Part shown: one piece after another, positions 27,864 through 36,882 of the stretch
How the letters are laid out: the number at the start of each line of letters is the position of its first letter
How positions within the stretch are numbered: position 1 is the stretch's first letter
Source of the DNA: Acidobacteriota bacterium
GTDB taxonomy: Bacteria > Acidobacteriota > UBA6911 > RPQK01 > JAJDTT01
Assembly (NCBI GenBank): GCA_965219855.1
Contig: CBDCOR010000026.1
Coordinates: 134,372 to 198,371, forward strand
DNA: 64,000 nt
Direction: 5' to 3'
Made by a program: the position numbers and the translations under genes
The notes under the pieces: generated by a model
Seen by the model: the letters and a program-made list of their open reading frames with translations, nothing else
The model's database searches: none
Told to the model about the DNA's origin: nothing

Positions 27864-30284
27864 ATGAACTCAACACAAAACGTGGCTCAAGCGTTTGCGG
27901 TGCAGAATGAGAAAGGTCAGGAAGTCCAATTGGTCATGCAGGAATTGAGCCTGGCTGGACACATTTTGCCAGTAGGAGCTCGAATCGCGGTGCGCCATGT
28001 CTTCCGTTCTGCCGAGGTGCAGCCTGTTGAGGCCGTATATGCGTTTGGAATGCCCCGGGACGCCGCCCTGCGGCAGTTCAGGATCGAGGGCGAAGACTTC
28101 AGCGTGCGCTCAGATCTGCACGACGTGGAGGAGGCGGCCAAGCTCTACGAAGCAGGAATTCAGGAGGGAAGACTGTCCGCCTTGGCGCGACAATATGGCG
28201 ACGGCTTGGTGAATCTGTCAATCGGAAATCTCCGGCCCGAGGAAGAAGTCTCTGTCTTTCTGGAGGTGATAGCTGGGGTCGAGGCCCACGATGACGGATA
28301 TCGCTTCCGTTTCCCCTTCAGCCTGGCTCCCAGTTATCACCGCGATGCCCGCGCAGCTGAGGCGGAGCCAGGAACGGGAGAGATCGAACTCCCGGAAGAC
28401 CGCTTCGGGGATCTCCTTTTACCCCGGTTCAGGAAGAATGGCGAAGGCCTGCATCAGATTGGCTTCGACATCACCCTCAATCAGCCGGACCCCCAAGGGG
28501 AAGTCAGCTCTCCTTCTCACACCATTCGGGTGCGTCCAGAGGGACGAGATGTAGTTCAGGTTTCACTTGCTCGGGAGAAGGACCTGCCCAACCGCGATCT
28601 AGTTGTCGATGTGAAGCACGTCAACAGGGAACCGATGGTTTTCACTGGCTTGGATGCCCAGGGTCAAGGCCAACTGGCGGCCCTGATTCCCTCAACTTGT
28701 TTTGGGACTCCTGCGCAGGATCCTGTCCGGGTTGTTTTGGTTCTCGATCGCTCTGGATCGATGGATGGAACTCCCATTCAACAGGCCAAGAAAGCGGTCG
28801 AGGCTTGTCTGGCAGCTCTTTCGCCTCGCGATATGTTTGGCATTGTGGTGTTTGACCAGGATGCCGAACAGTTCATGCCGACGTTGACCCCAGCCGACAA
28901 AGAGAACCGAAACCTGGCGTGCAAGTTTTTGAAGAAGCATCAAGCTCGCGGAGGGACAGAGCTAGAGCAGGCCCTGCGCAGCGCCGCCTCGCTCGTTGAA
29001 GGACCAGGAGGCGATCTGCTCGTAGTGACAGACGGACAGGTCTTCGAGACCGAGCCGATTCTCAAGACGGCTCGAAAAATGGGGCATCGTCTGCATGTAC
29101 TCGGGATTGGAAGCGCTAGCCAGGATCGATTTCTGTCCCTCCTGGCGAGGGAAACGGGCGGCATCAGCCGATTTCTCACAGCAAGGGAGCGAGTCGACTT
29201 GGGGGCTCTCGAACTTTTCACCGCCATCGGGAGTCCCTTGGCAGAACAGCTCACTCTCGGATCGACCGGAGCTCAGAAGGTGGACCTGGCACCGGAACCT
29301 GCAAAGGCTGTCTTCGCGGATTCTCCCGTGAATCTATGGGGTGAAACGAGCGGCCAAGGAAAGGGCGAAATAGAACTTACCTGGAAAGGCCGCCAGCCAA
29401 GTTCGATGAGTATCGACTACGAGGTCCCCGAATCAGCGGAACCGCTGGCTGAGACACTTCGTCTACTTCGTGGTGCACGCTTGCTGACTGACCTGGATGG
29501 CAAACTGGTGCCAGGTAAAGGAGCGGAGGGAAGACGCCAGGTGAAACGAATCGAAGAGCGAATCCAGAGATTGAGCGAGGAGTTCCAGCTGGCCAGCCGA
29601 CGGATGGCGCTAGTGGCTGTGGTGCGAAGAGAAGGGGACCGTGCAGGTACCCTACCCACAACTCATATCGTGCCTGTGGGGATACCTGAGGACGTAGCCT
29701 TTGATAGCTACTTTGGAACTCTCCGTGAAGGATATGTCGATCGCATGCCCATGGTGCTTAGTTCTCCAGTAGTCGCATCGGGGCTGTCATTAGACTTCAT
29801 GCTGGGCGAACCGACGTCCGAGTCACCAGCACCAAGGTTTTCGCGTATCGGGAGACTCCTGTCCTCGAGTCGCCCCCGGCACGACGAATTGGCAGAGCCA
29901 CCCCTTGAGGAAACGGAGTTCCTGTTAGAGCTGGCGACTCTGATCGAGCCGGATGGTGGGATGGCGGGAGACAACCTGACGGAACGTCTACAGCGCACTC
30001 TGTTGACCTTGCTCTGTTTCCGTGCCGAAGAAAACATCCATCGAAGCGGTATCTTCAAAAAGCATGTGGAAAGGCTGATGAATTTCATTCAGGACCTCGA
30101 TCGCGATCAGATTTCTCTTACCCTACGAAGCCGATGTGACCAGAGCCTGCGGCTTCTCGAACGACCGGATTTCGAGTGGGAGACCTGGGCAGAGGCAGCG
30201 GAGAAGCTCGCGGACAAGAAGGAATTGACAGAAGACGAACTGAAGCGACTGCTCGCTTCAGTTCTGTCGACCTATCCGGTGTAA
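27864..30284 (+). CDS. VIT-domain and von Willebrand factor A (vWA, MIDAS DxSxS) domain protein, ~807 aa
   Basis: N-terminal VIT-like region, then VRVVLVLDRSGSMDGTPIQQAKKAV...GIVVFDQDAEQF (vWA with MIDAS). A long C-terminal extension follows. No MoxR/AAA partner is adjacent. Confidence 0.7.
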   Translation: MNSTQNVAQAFAVQNEKGQEVQLVMQELSLAGHILPVGARIAVRHVFRSAEVQPVEAVYAFGMPRDAALRQFRIEGEDFSVRSDLHDVEEAAKLYEAGIQEGRLSALARQYGDGLVNLSIGNLRPEEEVSVFLEVIAGVEAHDDGYRFRFPFSLAPSYHRDARAAEAEPGTGEIELPEDRFGDLLLPRFRKNGEGLHQIGFDITLNQPDPQGEVSSPSHTIRVRPEGRDVVQVSLAREKDLPNRDLVVDVKHVNREPMVFTGLDAQGQGQLAALIPSTCFGTPAQDPVRVVLVLDRSGSMDGTPIQQAKKAVEACLAALSPRDMFGIVVFDQDAEQFMPTLTPADKENRNLACKFLKKHQARGGTELEQALRSAASLVEGPGGDLLVVTDGQVFETEPILKTARKMGHRLHVLGIGSASQDRFLSLLARETGGISRFLTARERVDLGALELFTAIGSPLAEQLTLGSTGAQKVDLAPEPAKAVFADSPVNLWGETSGQGKGEIELTWKGRQPSSMSIDYEVPESAEPLAETLRLLRGARLLTDLDGKLVPGKGAEGRRQVKRIEERIQRLSEEFQLASRRMALVAVVRREGDRAGTLPTTHIVPVGIPEDVAFDSYFGTLREGYVDRMPMVLSSPVVASGLSLDFMLGEPTSESPAPRFSRIGRLLSSSRPRHDELAEPPLEETEFLLELATLIEPDGGMAGDNLTERLQRTLLTLLCFRAEENIHRSGIFKKHVERLMNFIQDLDRDQISLTLRSRCDQSLRLLERPDFEWETWAEAAEKLADKKELTEDELKRLLASVLSTYPV

Positions 30285-30647
30285 AAGTTGAACGGGAAGG
30301 CAGTCCCTTGAATTGAACAGAGGGGGCATTGTCAAATTAAGCAGCGGTTGTCGACAATTGCCGGATCAATTCAATCTATCGAGGTCATCGTTAATCCCGC
30401 TGGGGACGAGGATGTTGACATCGTCTGCACGTTGCCCAACGCGGCAGCGTTGGTTTCCGTAGCGCCCGAGTCGCCCGAGTCTCGAGCTGCAGACGGGCGG
30501 GCCACGGTGCCGGCGTTGTCAGCGGTGGTGTTCATGGAGAGCGGATAGTTGGACCAGTCCGACAGGTCCGAGTAGCTGTGTCTTCGGACGAATCGCCGAC
30601 TCGCTGGGACGGTTTCTCGCAGTAGTTGCGTGACAGGGTACTAGTAT

Positions 30648-30720
30648 CTGTTTAGCTCCGCACCCTTTGCCCTGACCGTGGCCCTTACCATGGCCAGGGC
30701 AAGGATAGGACGCTAAACAG
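30648..30720. terminator. Long imperfect hairpin (CTGTTTAGC...GCTAAACAG with an internal GCCCTG/CAGGGC stem) between convergent vWA and yebC
   Basis: Inverted repeats read directly; likely a bidirectional terminator. Confidence 0.5.
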
Positions 30721-30744
30721 CACCGGGGGTACTCACGCGTTCTG

Positions 30745-31494
30745 TCAATTCAGGAGCGCTTCCATCTCCTTCTCGTCGATATCGAAATTCCCGTAGACGC
30801 TCTGGACGTCGTCTTGTTCTTCCAGGGCTTCCATCAATTTGAGAGTCTTTTCTGCTTGTTTGCCCTCGACAGAGATCGCATTCTGCGGAAGCATCGTCAG
30901 CTCGCCGGATTCGATTGGGATTTTGGCCTCTTCGACCTTCGACTTCACCTGATAGAAGTCCTCGTAGGAGGTGTAGATGGCCAAGCTATCGCCCTCCGTC
31001 TTGAGATCTTCAGCTCCTGCATCCAGAGCTACTTCAAGCAGGTCCTCTTCCGAGACCGATTCGGCGCTGACCGAGATGTAGCCCTTCTTCTCGAACATCC
31101 ACTGAACGCTTCCGTTCTCTGCCAGGTTGCCCCCGTTCTTCGTGAAAATGTGTCGCAGCTCTGCAACGGTCCGATTCTTGTTGTCGGTCAAGACATCCAC
31201 CAGGATCGCGATACCACCGGGTCCATAGCCTTCATAGAGAAACGGTTCGAAGTTTTGCCCCGGGAGTGCCCCTGTGCCCTTCAGGATGGCGCGTTCGATA
31301 TTGTCCAGAGGCATATTGCTGCCCTTGGCCGTCTGAACTGCGGTGCGGAGTCGGGGATTGGATTCGGTGTCGCCACCTCCGATTCGGGCTGCCACCGTGA
31401 TCTCCCGAATCAGCTTGCTGAACACTTTCCCCCTCTTGGCGTCAGTGGCTGCCTTCTTGTGTTTGATAGAGCTCCACTTGGAATGTCCTGACAT
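30745..31494 (-). CDS. yebC: YebC/PmpR family DNA-binding transcriptional regulator
   Basis: MSGHSKWSSIKHKKAATDAKRGKVFSKLIREI... is the canonical YebC start; the track start at 31599 is an over-extension. Confidence 0.85.
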   Translation of the reverse strand: MSGHSKWSSIKHKKAATDAKRGKVFSKLIREITVAARIGGGDTESNPRLRTAVQTAKGSNMPLDNIERAILKGTGALPGQNFEPFLYEGYGPGGIAILVDVLTDNKNRTVAELRHIFTKNGGNLAENGSVQWMFEKKGYISVSAESVSEEDLLEVALDAGAEDLKTEGDSLAIYTSYEDFYQVKSKVEEAKIPIESGELTMLPQNAISVEGKQAEKTLKLMEALEEQDDVQSVYGNFDIDEKEMEALLN

Positions 31495-31585
31495 AACCGT
31501 CGTCTCCGATAGTGGTTTTGGCGGGTATTGTACCATGGGAGGGACCTTCGTAAACCGCTCTGTGGTGAGGCAATAGGAGACGAAA

Positions 31586-32326
31586 GTGACGAAGTACAAA
31601 GTAGTCCTGCAGTACCTGGCTACCGGCTACGCAGGCTGGCAAGTGCAGCGAGATCGACCCACCATTGGGGGGACCATCGAATCGGTCCTGAGCCGCTTGA
31701 CTGGGGAATCACCTGCTGTCGTGGGTTCCGGGAGGACCGATGCCGGTGTCCACGCCCTGGGCCAGGTTGCCCATTTTCGGTTGGAGAAGCCCTGGTGCAG
31801 CAAACGGCTCCTGCGCAGCCTCAACGGTCTGCTACCGACGAATATCCGAGTGCTCCGGCTGGAGTCGACCTCCCCTTCCTTTCACGCTCAAAGAGACGCT
31901 GTGAAGAAGCGTTATGTTTATCGGATCTACAACGGTCCGATTCTTTCTCCCTTTCTCCATGGACGTGTGTACCAGGTCTTCCCGGCCCTGGACTTCGAGC
32001 GTATGCAGGAGGCCGCCGAATCGATTTGCGGAAGTCACGATTTCAGCGGGTTCGCCGCTTCCACTACACGAGTCAAGAATCGTACCCGAAATCTGCTGAT
32101 CTCCCGCTGGCAGCGCAAGGGCCGTGCCTTGGAGTATCAGATCGAGGCCAAGGGTTTTCTGCACCACATGGTCCGAAACATCGTGGGAACCCTGGTCCAG
32201 GTAGGTCTGGGCAAGCGACCTCCCGAGGGCATGTTGGAGATCCTCAAGGCCCGAGACCGCCGCCGGGCAGGCCCGACGGCACCGGCTGAGGGGCTCTATC
32301 TGGCAAGGGTCTGGTACTCTCGATGA
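31586..32326 (+). CDS. truA: tRNA pseudouridine(38-40) synthase
   Basis: GTG start; RTDAGVHALGQV is the catalytic Asp motif. Confidence 0.85.
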   Translation: MTKYKVVLQYLATGYAGWQVQRDRPTIGGTIESVLSRLTGESPAVVGSGRTDAGVHALGQVAHFRLEKPWCSKRLLRSLNGLLPTNIRVLRLESTSPSFHAQRDAVKKRYVYRIYNGPILSPFLHGRVYQVFPALDFERMQEAAESICGSHDFSGFAASTTRVKNRTRNLLISRWQRKGRALEYQIEAKGFLHHMVRNIVGTLVQVGLGKRPPEGMLEILKARDRRRAGPTAPAEGLYLARVWYSR

Positions 32327-32439
32327 TCCAAGCACCGCTAGATTTGGAATTTGAAATTTGGCTGTATCTTGTATCTTGTATCTTGTACCTTGTATCTTGG
32401 AATCTCGTCCTCAGCCCTGATAAGTGACGCAGCAGATGG

Positions 32440-33231
32440 ATGGTTGACCTATTCGAGAGTTTCCGCGGTGTTCTGGATCCCGAAAGCGCTGAAGCTCGCC
32501 TGATTCTTGGCCTCGACCCCCGCCGACTCCCACGCCATGTCGCCGTTATCATGGATGGGAACGGGCGTTGGGCCAACCAGCGCGGTCTGCGGCGGGTCGA
32601 AGGACATTCCGCTGGGATCAAGTCGGTCCGGGCCACGGTTGAGACCTGTGCTAGGCTCAAGCTTCCGGTTCTCACCCTTTACGCCTTTTCAGCGGAAAAC
32701 TGGAAGCGCCCGATCAGCGAGGTCAATACCCTCATGGAGCTGCTCAAGGAGTACCTCCGAAAGGAGCTCCCCGAGATCCAGGAGAACGATATCCGTTTTC
32801 TGACAATCGGTCGTGTCGATGAACTCCCTTCGTCGGTCCAACGCGAGCTGAAACACGTAGAGACCGAGACTCAATTCAATCGAGGCATGCAGATGGTTCT
32901 GGCCCTCAACTATGGAGGTCGAACCGAGCTGGTCGACGCCTTCAACGCTCTGATCAAGAAAGGGAGCCGGCGTAGGATTCGGGAGAGGGACATTGAGGAA
33001 AATCTTTACACCGCCGGTCTGCCAGAACCCGATCTGTTGATTCGTACCAGCGGGGAGATGCGAGTCAGCAATTTTTTACTCTGGCAGATCGCCTACTCCG
33101 AAATATATGTGACGGACGTATTGTGGCCGGACTTCCGTGGCGTCCATCTGCTCGAAGCCATCCTTGACTTCCAGAAGCGAGAACGCCGGTACGGAGGGAT
33201 CCTGTCCGCGCGATTCCAAAGCTCCCGATGA
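32440..33231 (+). CDS. uppS: Isoprenyl transferase (undecaprenyl diphosphate synthase)
   Basis: HVAVIMDGNGRWA...; cis-prenyltransferase signature. Confidence 0.9.
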   Translation: MVDLFESFRGVLDPESAEARLILGLDPRRLPRHVAVIMDGNGRWANQRGLRRVEGHSAGIKSVRATVETCARLKLPVLTLYAFSAENWKRPISEVNTLMELLKEYLRKELPEIQENDIRFLTIGRVDELPSSVQRELKHVETETQFNRGMQMVLALNYGGRTELVDAFNALIKKGSRRRIRERDIEENLYTAGLPEPDLLIRTSGEMRVSNFLLWQIAYSEIYVTDVLWPDFRGVHLLEAILDFQKRERRYGGILSARFQSSR

Positions 33232-34037
33232 TCCCACGGGTTGTCAGCGGAGCCGTACTCGCAGTCCTGGCTCTTACCTCGATACTGTATCTACCCCAGA
33301 CGCTCTTTCTTCTGCTTCTGGATCTCGTTCTACTCTTTTCGCTTCGGGAGTTTTTCCAGCTGCTCTCGGGCTACCACAGGAGAAAGCAGACGGGCGCTAT
33401 CAGAGGCTCCGGGAGGTTGGGATGGGTGTGCCTTTTCCTGGGATTGCTGCTGACCTGGATCTGGGTGTTTCAGCCGAGCTGGGTCCCTCCCTATCTCTTC
33501 CTTGTCTTTCTGCTTGTTATGGTTCTGAGTCTCACTGTTGGCGATGTCGAGTGGAGATTTCCCTCGGCCGCCGGTCACTTCTTCGGTCTCTGCTATTTGA
33601 GCTTCCCTGTATGCCTTGCTGTTTCCTATCAGAAACTGCCCCACGAGCTATTGCTGATTCTGCTCACGGTGGCGGTGGCAGACATCGGGGCGTTCCTGGT
33701 AGGAAGACGTTGGGGAGCGCATAGGATGGCCCCTCGGATCAGCCCCAAGAAGTCGTGGGAGGGCTTCTTGGGAGGGATGGTTTTGTGTGTTCTCTTTTCG
33801 CTGCTATACGGCACCAGTTTCTTGCCGCAGAAGACCCCGCTAATCTTGACTCTGTTGGCCCTGGTGTTGGGGACGGTTGCGACGATGGGAGATCTTTTCG
33901 AGTCGGCGATCAAGCGGGGAGCGGGTGTAAAGGACAGCGGAACCTCGATCCCCGGTCACGGTGGCTTTCTGGACCGGATCGACGGTCTCCTGTTCGCTTT
34001 GCCCACCTATTACGCCCTCTCCTTTCTGCTAGAATGA
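33228..34037 (+). CDS. cdsA: Phosphatidate cytidylyltransferase
   Basis: Polytopic membrane protein with the C-terminal PKKSWEGFLGG...GDLFESAIKR CTP-transferase signature; overlaps uppS by 4 nt. Confidence 0.85.
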   Translation: MIPRVVSGAVLAVLALTSILYLPQTLFLLLLDLVLLFSLREFFQLLSGYHRRKQTGAIRGSGRLGWVCLFLGLLLTWIWVFQPSWVPPYLFLVFLLVMVLSLTVGDVEWRFPSAAGHFFGLCYLSFPVCLAVSYQKLPHELLLILLTVAVADIGAFLVGRRWGAHRMAPRISPKKSWEGFLGGMVLCVLFSLLYGTSFLPQKTPLILTLLALVLGTVATMGDLFESAIKRGAGVKDSGTSIPGHGGFLDRIDGLLFALPTYYALSFLLE

Positions 34038-34046
34038 CCCGTCACC

Positions 34047-35204
34047 ATGAAGAGACTGGCGATCCTCGGTTCAACTGGCTCCATCGGACGCAACACTCTG
34101 AGCTTGGTGGATCTCTACCCTGACCGATTTCAGGTCGTGGCCCTGGCAGCCAGGCAACAGGCCGAGTTGCTATTCGAGCAGGCTCAAAAATACCGGCCAG
34201 AAGTAGTCGCCCTTGAGGACGATCAGGGGGCGGCCTATCTCCGTGAGCAGCTACCTGGAGTCCGAGTCGTTGCCGGAGCCGAGGGTGTGATCGAAGTGGC
34301 CACGCAGAAGAGCGCCGACATGGTTGTGGCAGCAATTACGGGCGGTGCCGGCCTGCTGCCAACCTACCATGCCATCCTCGAAAACAAGGATATAGCCCTG
34401 GCCAACAAGGAGACCCTGGTGATGGCCGGGGAGCTCATCATGGGTGAGGTAGTTGCGCGCCCGACCCGTCTTTTGCCGGTGGATAGCGAACACGGCGCCC
34501 TTCATCAATGCTTGGGTGAGGCGAGCCAGAAGGAGGTTCGGCGGCTGCTCCTGACCGCCTCCGGTGGGCCATTCTTCCGGAAGAGCAGAGAAGAGCTGGA
34601 AACGGTCAGCGTCGAGGAGACCCTCAATCACCCGACCTGGGAAATGGGTCCAAAAATTACAGTTGACTCAGCCACCTTGATGAACAAGGGCCTGGAGGTG
34701 ATCGAGGCTCACCACTTGTTCGGTCTTTCGGCTGACCGGATCTCGATCGTCGTCCATCCCCAGTCCACGATTCACTCCATGGTTGAGTTCATCGATGGCA
34801 CCCTGTTGGCTCAAATGAGCATTACCGACATGCGTCTCGCCATCGTCTATGCACTCTCGTATCCGGAGCGCTGGGACTCGGCGCTACCCTACCTCGATCT
34901 TTTCTCCGTTAAATCTCTTGAGTTTTTTCCTCCGGATGCCGATAAGTTTCCATGTCTGCACCTTGCTCGCGAGGCTCTCGAGCTGGGTCGGACCTATCCA
35001 GCGGTCCTCAATGCGGCGAATGAGGTCGCGGTTGAATCGTTTTTGAAGCGTGAGATTCCGTTTTCCGCGATCGCAGGGATCGTCGAAGAGACGCTGGGGC
35101 GACATCGCGCCGGCTCCGCCCTGGATCTGGATGCGGTGTTGGCAGAAGACCGCGACGCCCGCCGATTGGCGGGAGAAGCGGTGCACAGCATGGTTGCGTC
35201 CTGA
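34047..35204 (+). CDS. dxr: 1-deoxy-D-xylulose 5-phosphate reductoisomerase
   Basis: MKRLAILGSTGSIGRNTL...LANKE...; Dxr length and motifs. Confidence 0.9.
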   Translation: MKRLAILGSTGSIGRNTLSLVDLYPDRFQVVALAARQQAELLFEQAQKYRPEVVALEDDQGAAYLREQLPGVRVVAGAEGVIEVATQKSADMVVAAITGGAGLLPTYHAILENKDIALANKETLVMAGELIMGEVVARPTRLLPVDSEHGALHQCLGEASQKEVRRLLLTASGGPFFRKSREELETVSVEETLNHPTWEMGPKITVDSATLMNKGLEVIEAHHLFGLSADRISIVVHPQSTIHSMVEFIDGTLLAQMSITDMRLAIVYALSYPERWDSALPYLDLFSVKSLEFFPPDADKFPCLHLAREALELGRTYPAVLNAANEVAVESFLKREIPFSAIAGIVEETLGRHRAGSALDLDAVLAEDRDARRLAGEAVHSMVAS

Positions 35205-35446
35205 GATGGAAGGGAGCACTGAATTTGCGGGACCTGAGTCCTGGACGATACAATCAACATGAGTAAGCACCTTGATCTTTTGGAACCCCGCGCCTTCAAC
35301 AGCGTCCTTAATGAGAAAATGAGGCGATGTGAGACTGCACCTGGCTGCTCTTCTACTCGCAGATTCACCCTGGCCTCAGCTGGCTTTGACAAGTTATCAG
35401 CCGGCGAGGCGGATTTTGTTCCGGGTACTAAGGAAGGACCATCCTC

Positions 35447-36778
35447 TTGGATTTGATTAGTTCGGTTGGTACGAGTTTGATCGCTTTCGTCTTTGTTCTG
35501 GGCGTCATGATCTTTGTCCACGAGCTGGGACACTACGCGGTTGCCAAGTTTCTGGGCATTGGGGTCGAAGTCTTTTCTCTTGGTTTTGGCCCCAGAATCC
35601 TTGGCTTTAGCAGAGGGGACACTGATTATCGGGTGAGCCTGCTCCCGCTAGGCGGCTATGTGAAGATGGCCGGAGAGACTTACGACGAGGAGCTTACCGG
35701 TTCCGAGGACGAGTTCCTCTCCCGTCCCAAGCTCCATCGCTTCGCCGTGGCCGTGGCTGGCCCAGTCATGAACATCTTTCTTGCCTGGCTTCTATTGGCT
35801 GTGAACTACACAGCGGGCGTTGAGGTAGCTGCCTACCGTGGTCAGCCCGCAGTTATTGGTGTGATCGCACCTGACTCTCCCGCCGAGCGCGCCGGGATAC
35901 GGCTCAACGATCGAATCGTGTCGATCGACGGAGAGCCCACTCCGGCCTGGGCACAGGTAGAACTCAGCATTGCTACCAGCCCTAATCAGACCCTCAGGAT
36001 GAGTCTGGAGCGAGAGGATGGCAGCCTGATCGACACGGAGGTCCAAACGGCAACCCAGGGGACCTCTGAGATGGGCACGATAGGGGCGGGTCCTTTGGTT
36101 CCCTATGGGATAGAACGCGTTGAATCCGACTCCCCCGCCGCCACAGCTGGCATTCGTCAGGGGGATGAACTCCTTCACGTTGAGTACGAGAGCAAGAGGG
36201 CCTCCGGTTTTTATGAGATTCCCCAGTTCGTAGCGCAACATGAGGGCAAGCCCTTGCTCTTTACGATTCGTCGGCAGGACCAGACCCTCGAGAAAACCAT
36301 TGCTCCAGTCAAGATGGGAGAGAGGGCGCGGATTGGAATCGTGGGTAAGGATCATTTTGTCGTAGAGCGCTATGGTCCTCTCGAAGCCGTGGTGAAGTCG
36401 TTCCAGCGCAACGTTCAGATTACCGGACTGACTTTTTACATCGTGGGCAAGATCGTGACGGGTCGCGCCTCCTTGAAAACCATGTCGGGTCCTATTGAAA
36501 TCGCCCGCTATTCGGGGGCCGCGGCGTCGAGCGGTCTGATTCATCTGATGGGTTTCATGGCCCTGGTATCGCTTCAGCTGGGTATATTCAATTTATTTCC
36601 CATCCCCATTCTGGATGGTGGGGTTATCGCCATGCTGGCCATCGAAGGGCTCATCGGCCGCGACCTCAGTCTTGGAGTAAAGGAGCGAATCTTCCAGGTC
36701 GGCTTCATTTTCCTGGTGCTGCTCATGGGGGTTGTGATCTTCAATGACATTTCGAAGAACCTGCCCTTCTTCGATTGA
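35447..36778 (+). CDS. rseP: RIP metalloprotease (site-2 protease) RseP
   Basis: HELGHY zinc motif in TM1, PDZ domain(s), C-terminal LDGG; conserved uppS-cdsA-dxr-rseP context. Confidence 0.85.
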   Translation: MDLISSVGTSLIAFVFVLGVMIFVHELGHYAVAKFLGIGVEVFSLGFGPRILGFSRGDTDYRVSLLPLGGYVKMAGETYDEELTGSEDEFLSRPKLHRFAVAVAGPVMNIFLAWLLLAVNYTAGVEVAAYRGQPAVIGVIAPDSPAERAGIRLNDRIVSIDGEPTPAWAQVELSIATSPNQTLRMSLEREDGSLIDTEVQTATQGTSEMGTIGAGPLVPYGIERVESDSPAATAGIRQGDELLHVEYESKRASGFYEIPQFVAQHEGKPLLFTIRRQDQTLEKTIAPVKMGERARIGIVGKDHFVVERYGPLEAVVKSFQRNVQITGLTFYIVGKIVTGRASLKTMSGPIEIARYSGAAASSGLIHLMGFMALVSLQLGIFNLFPIPILDGGVIAMLAIEGLIGRDLSLGVKERIFQVGFIFLVLLMGVVIFNDISKNLPFFD

Positions 36779-36882
36779 GTGAGAGCTCTCCGACCGATCC
36801 AGCTCCTGATTCCTTCGTCTGGACGCAACTCTTACCAGTACCCTGGACTGGCCTTTCGTACACATAAAGAGGATCACTTGAA

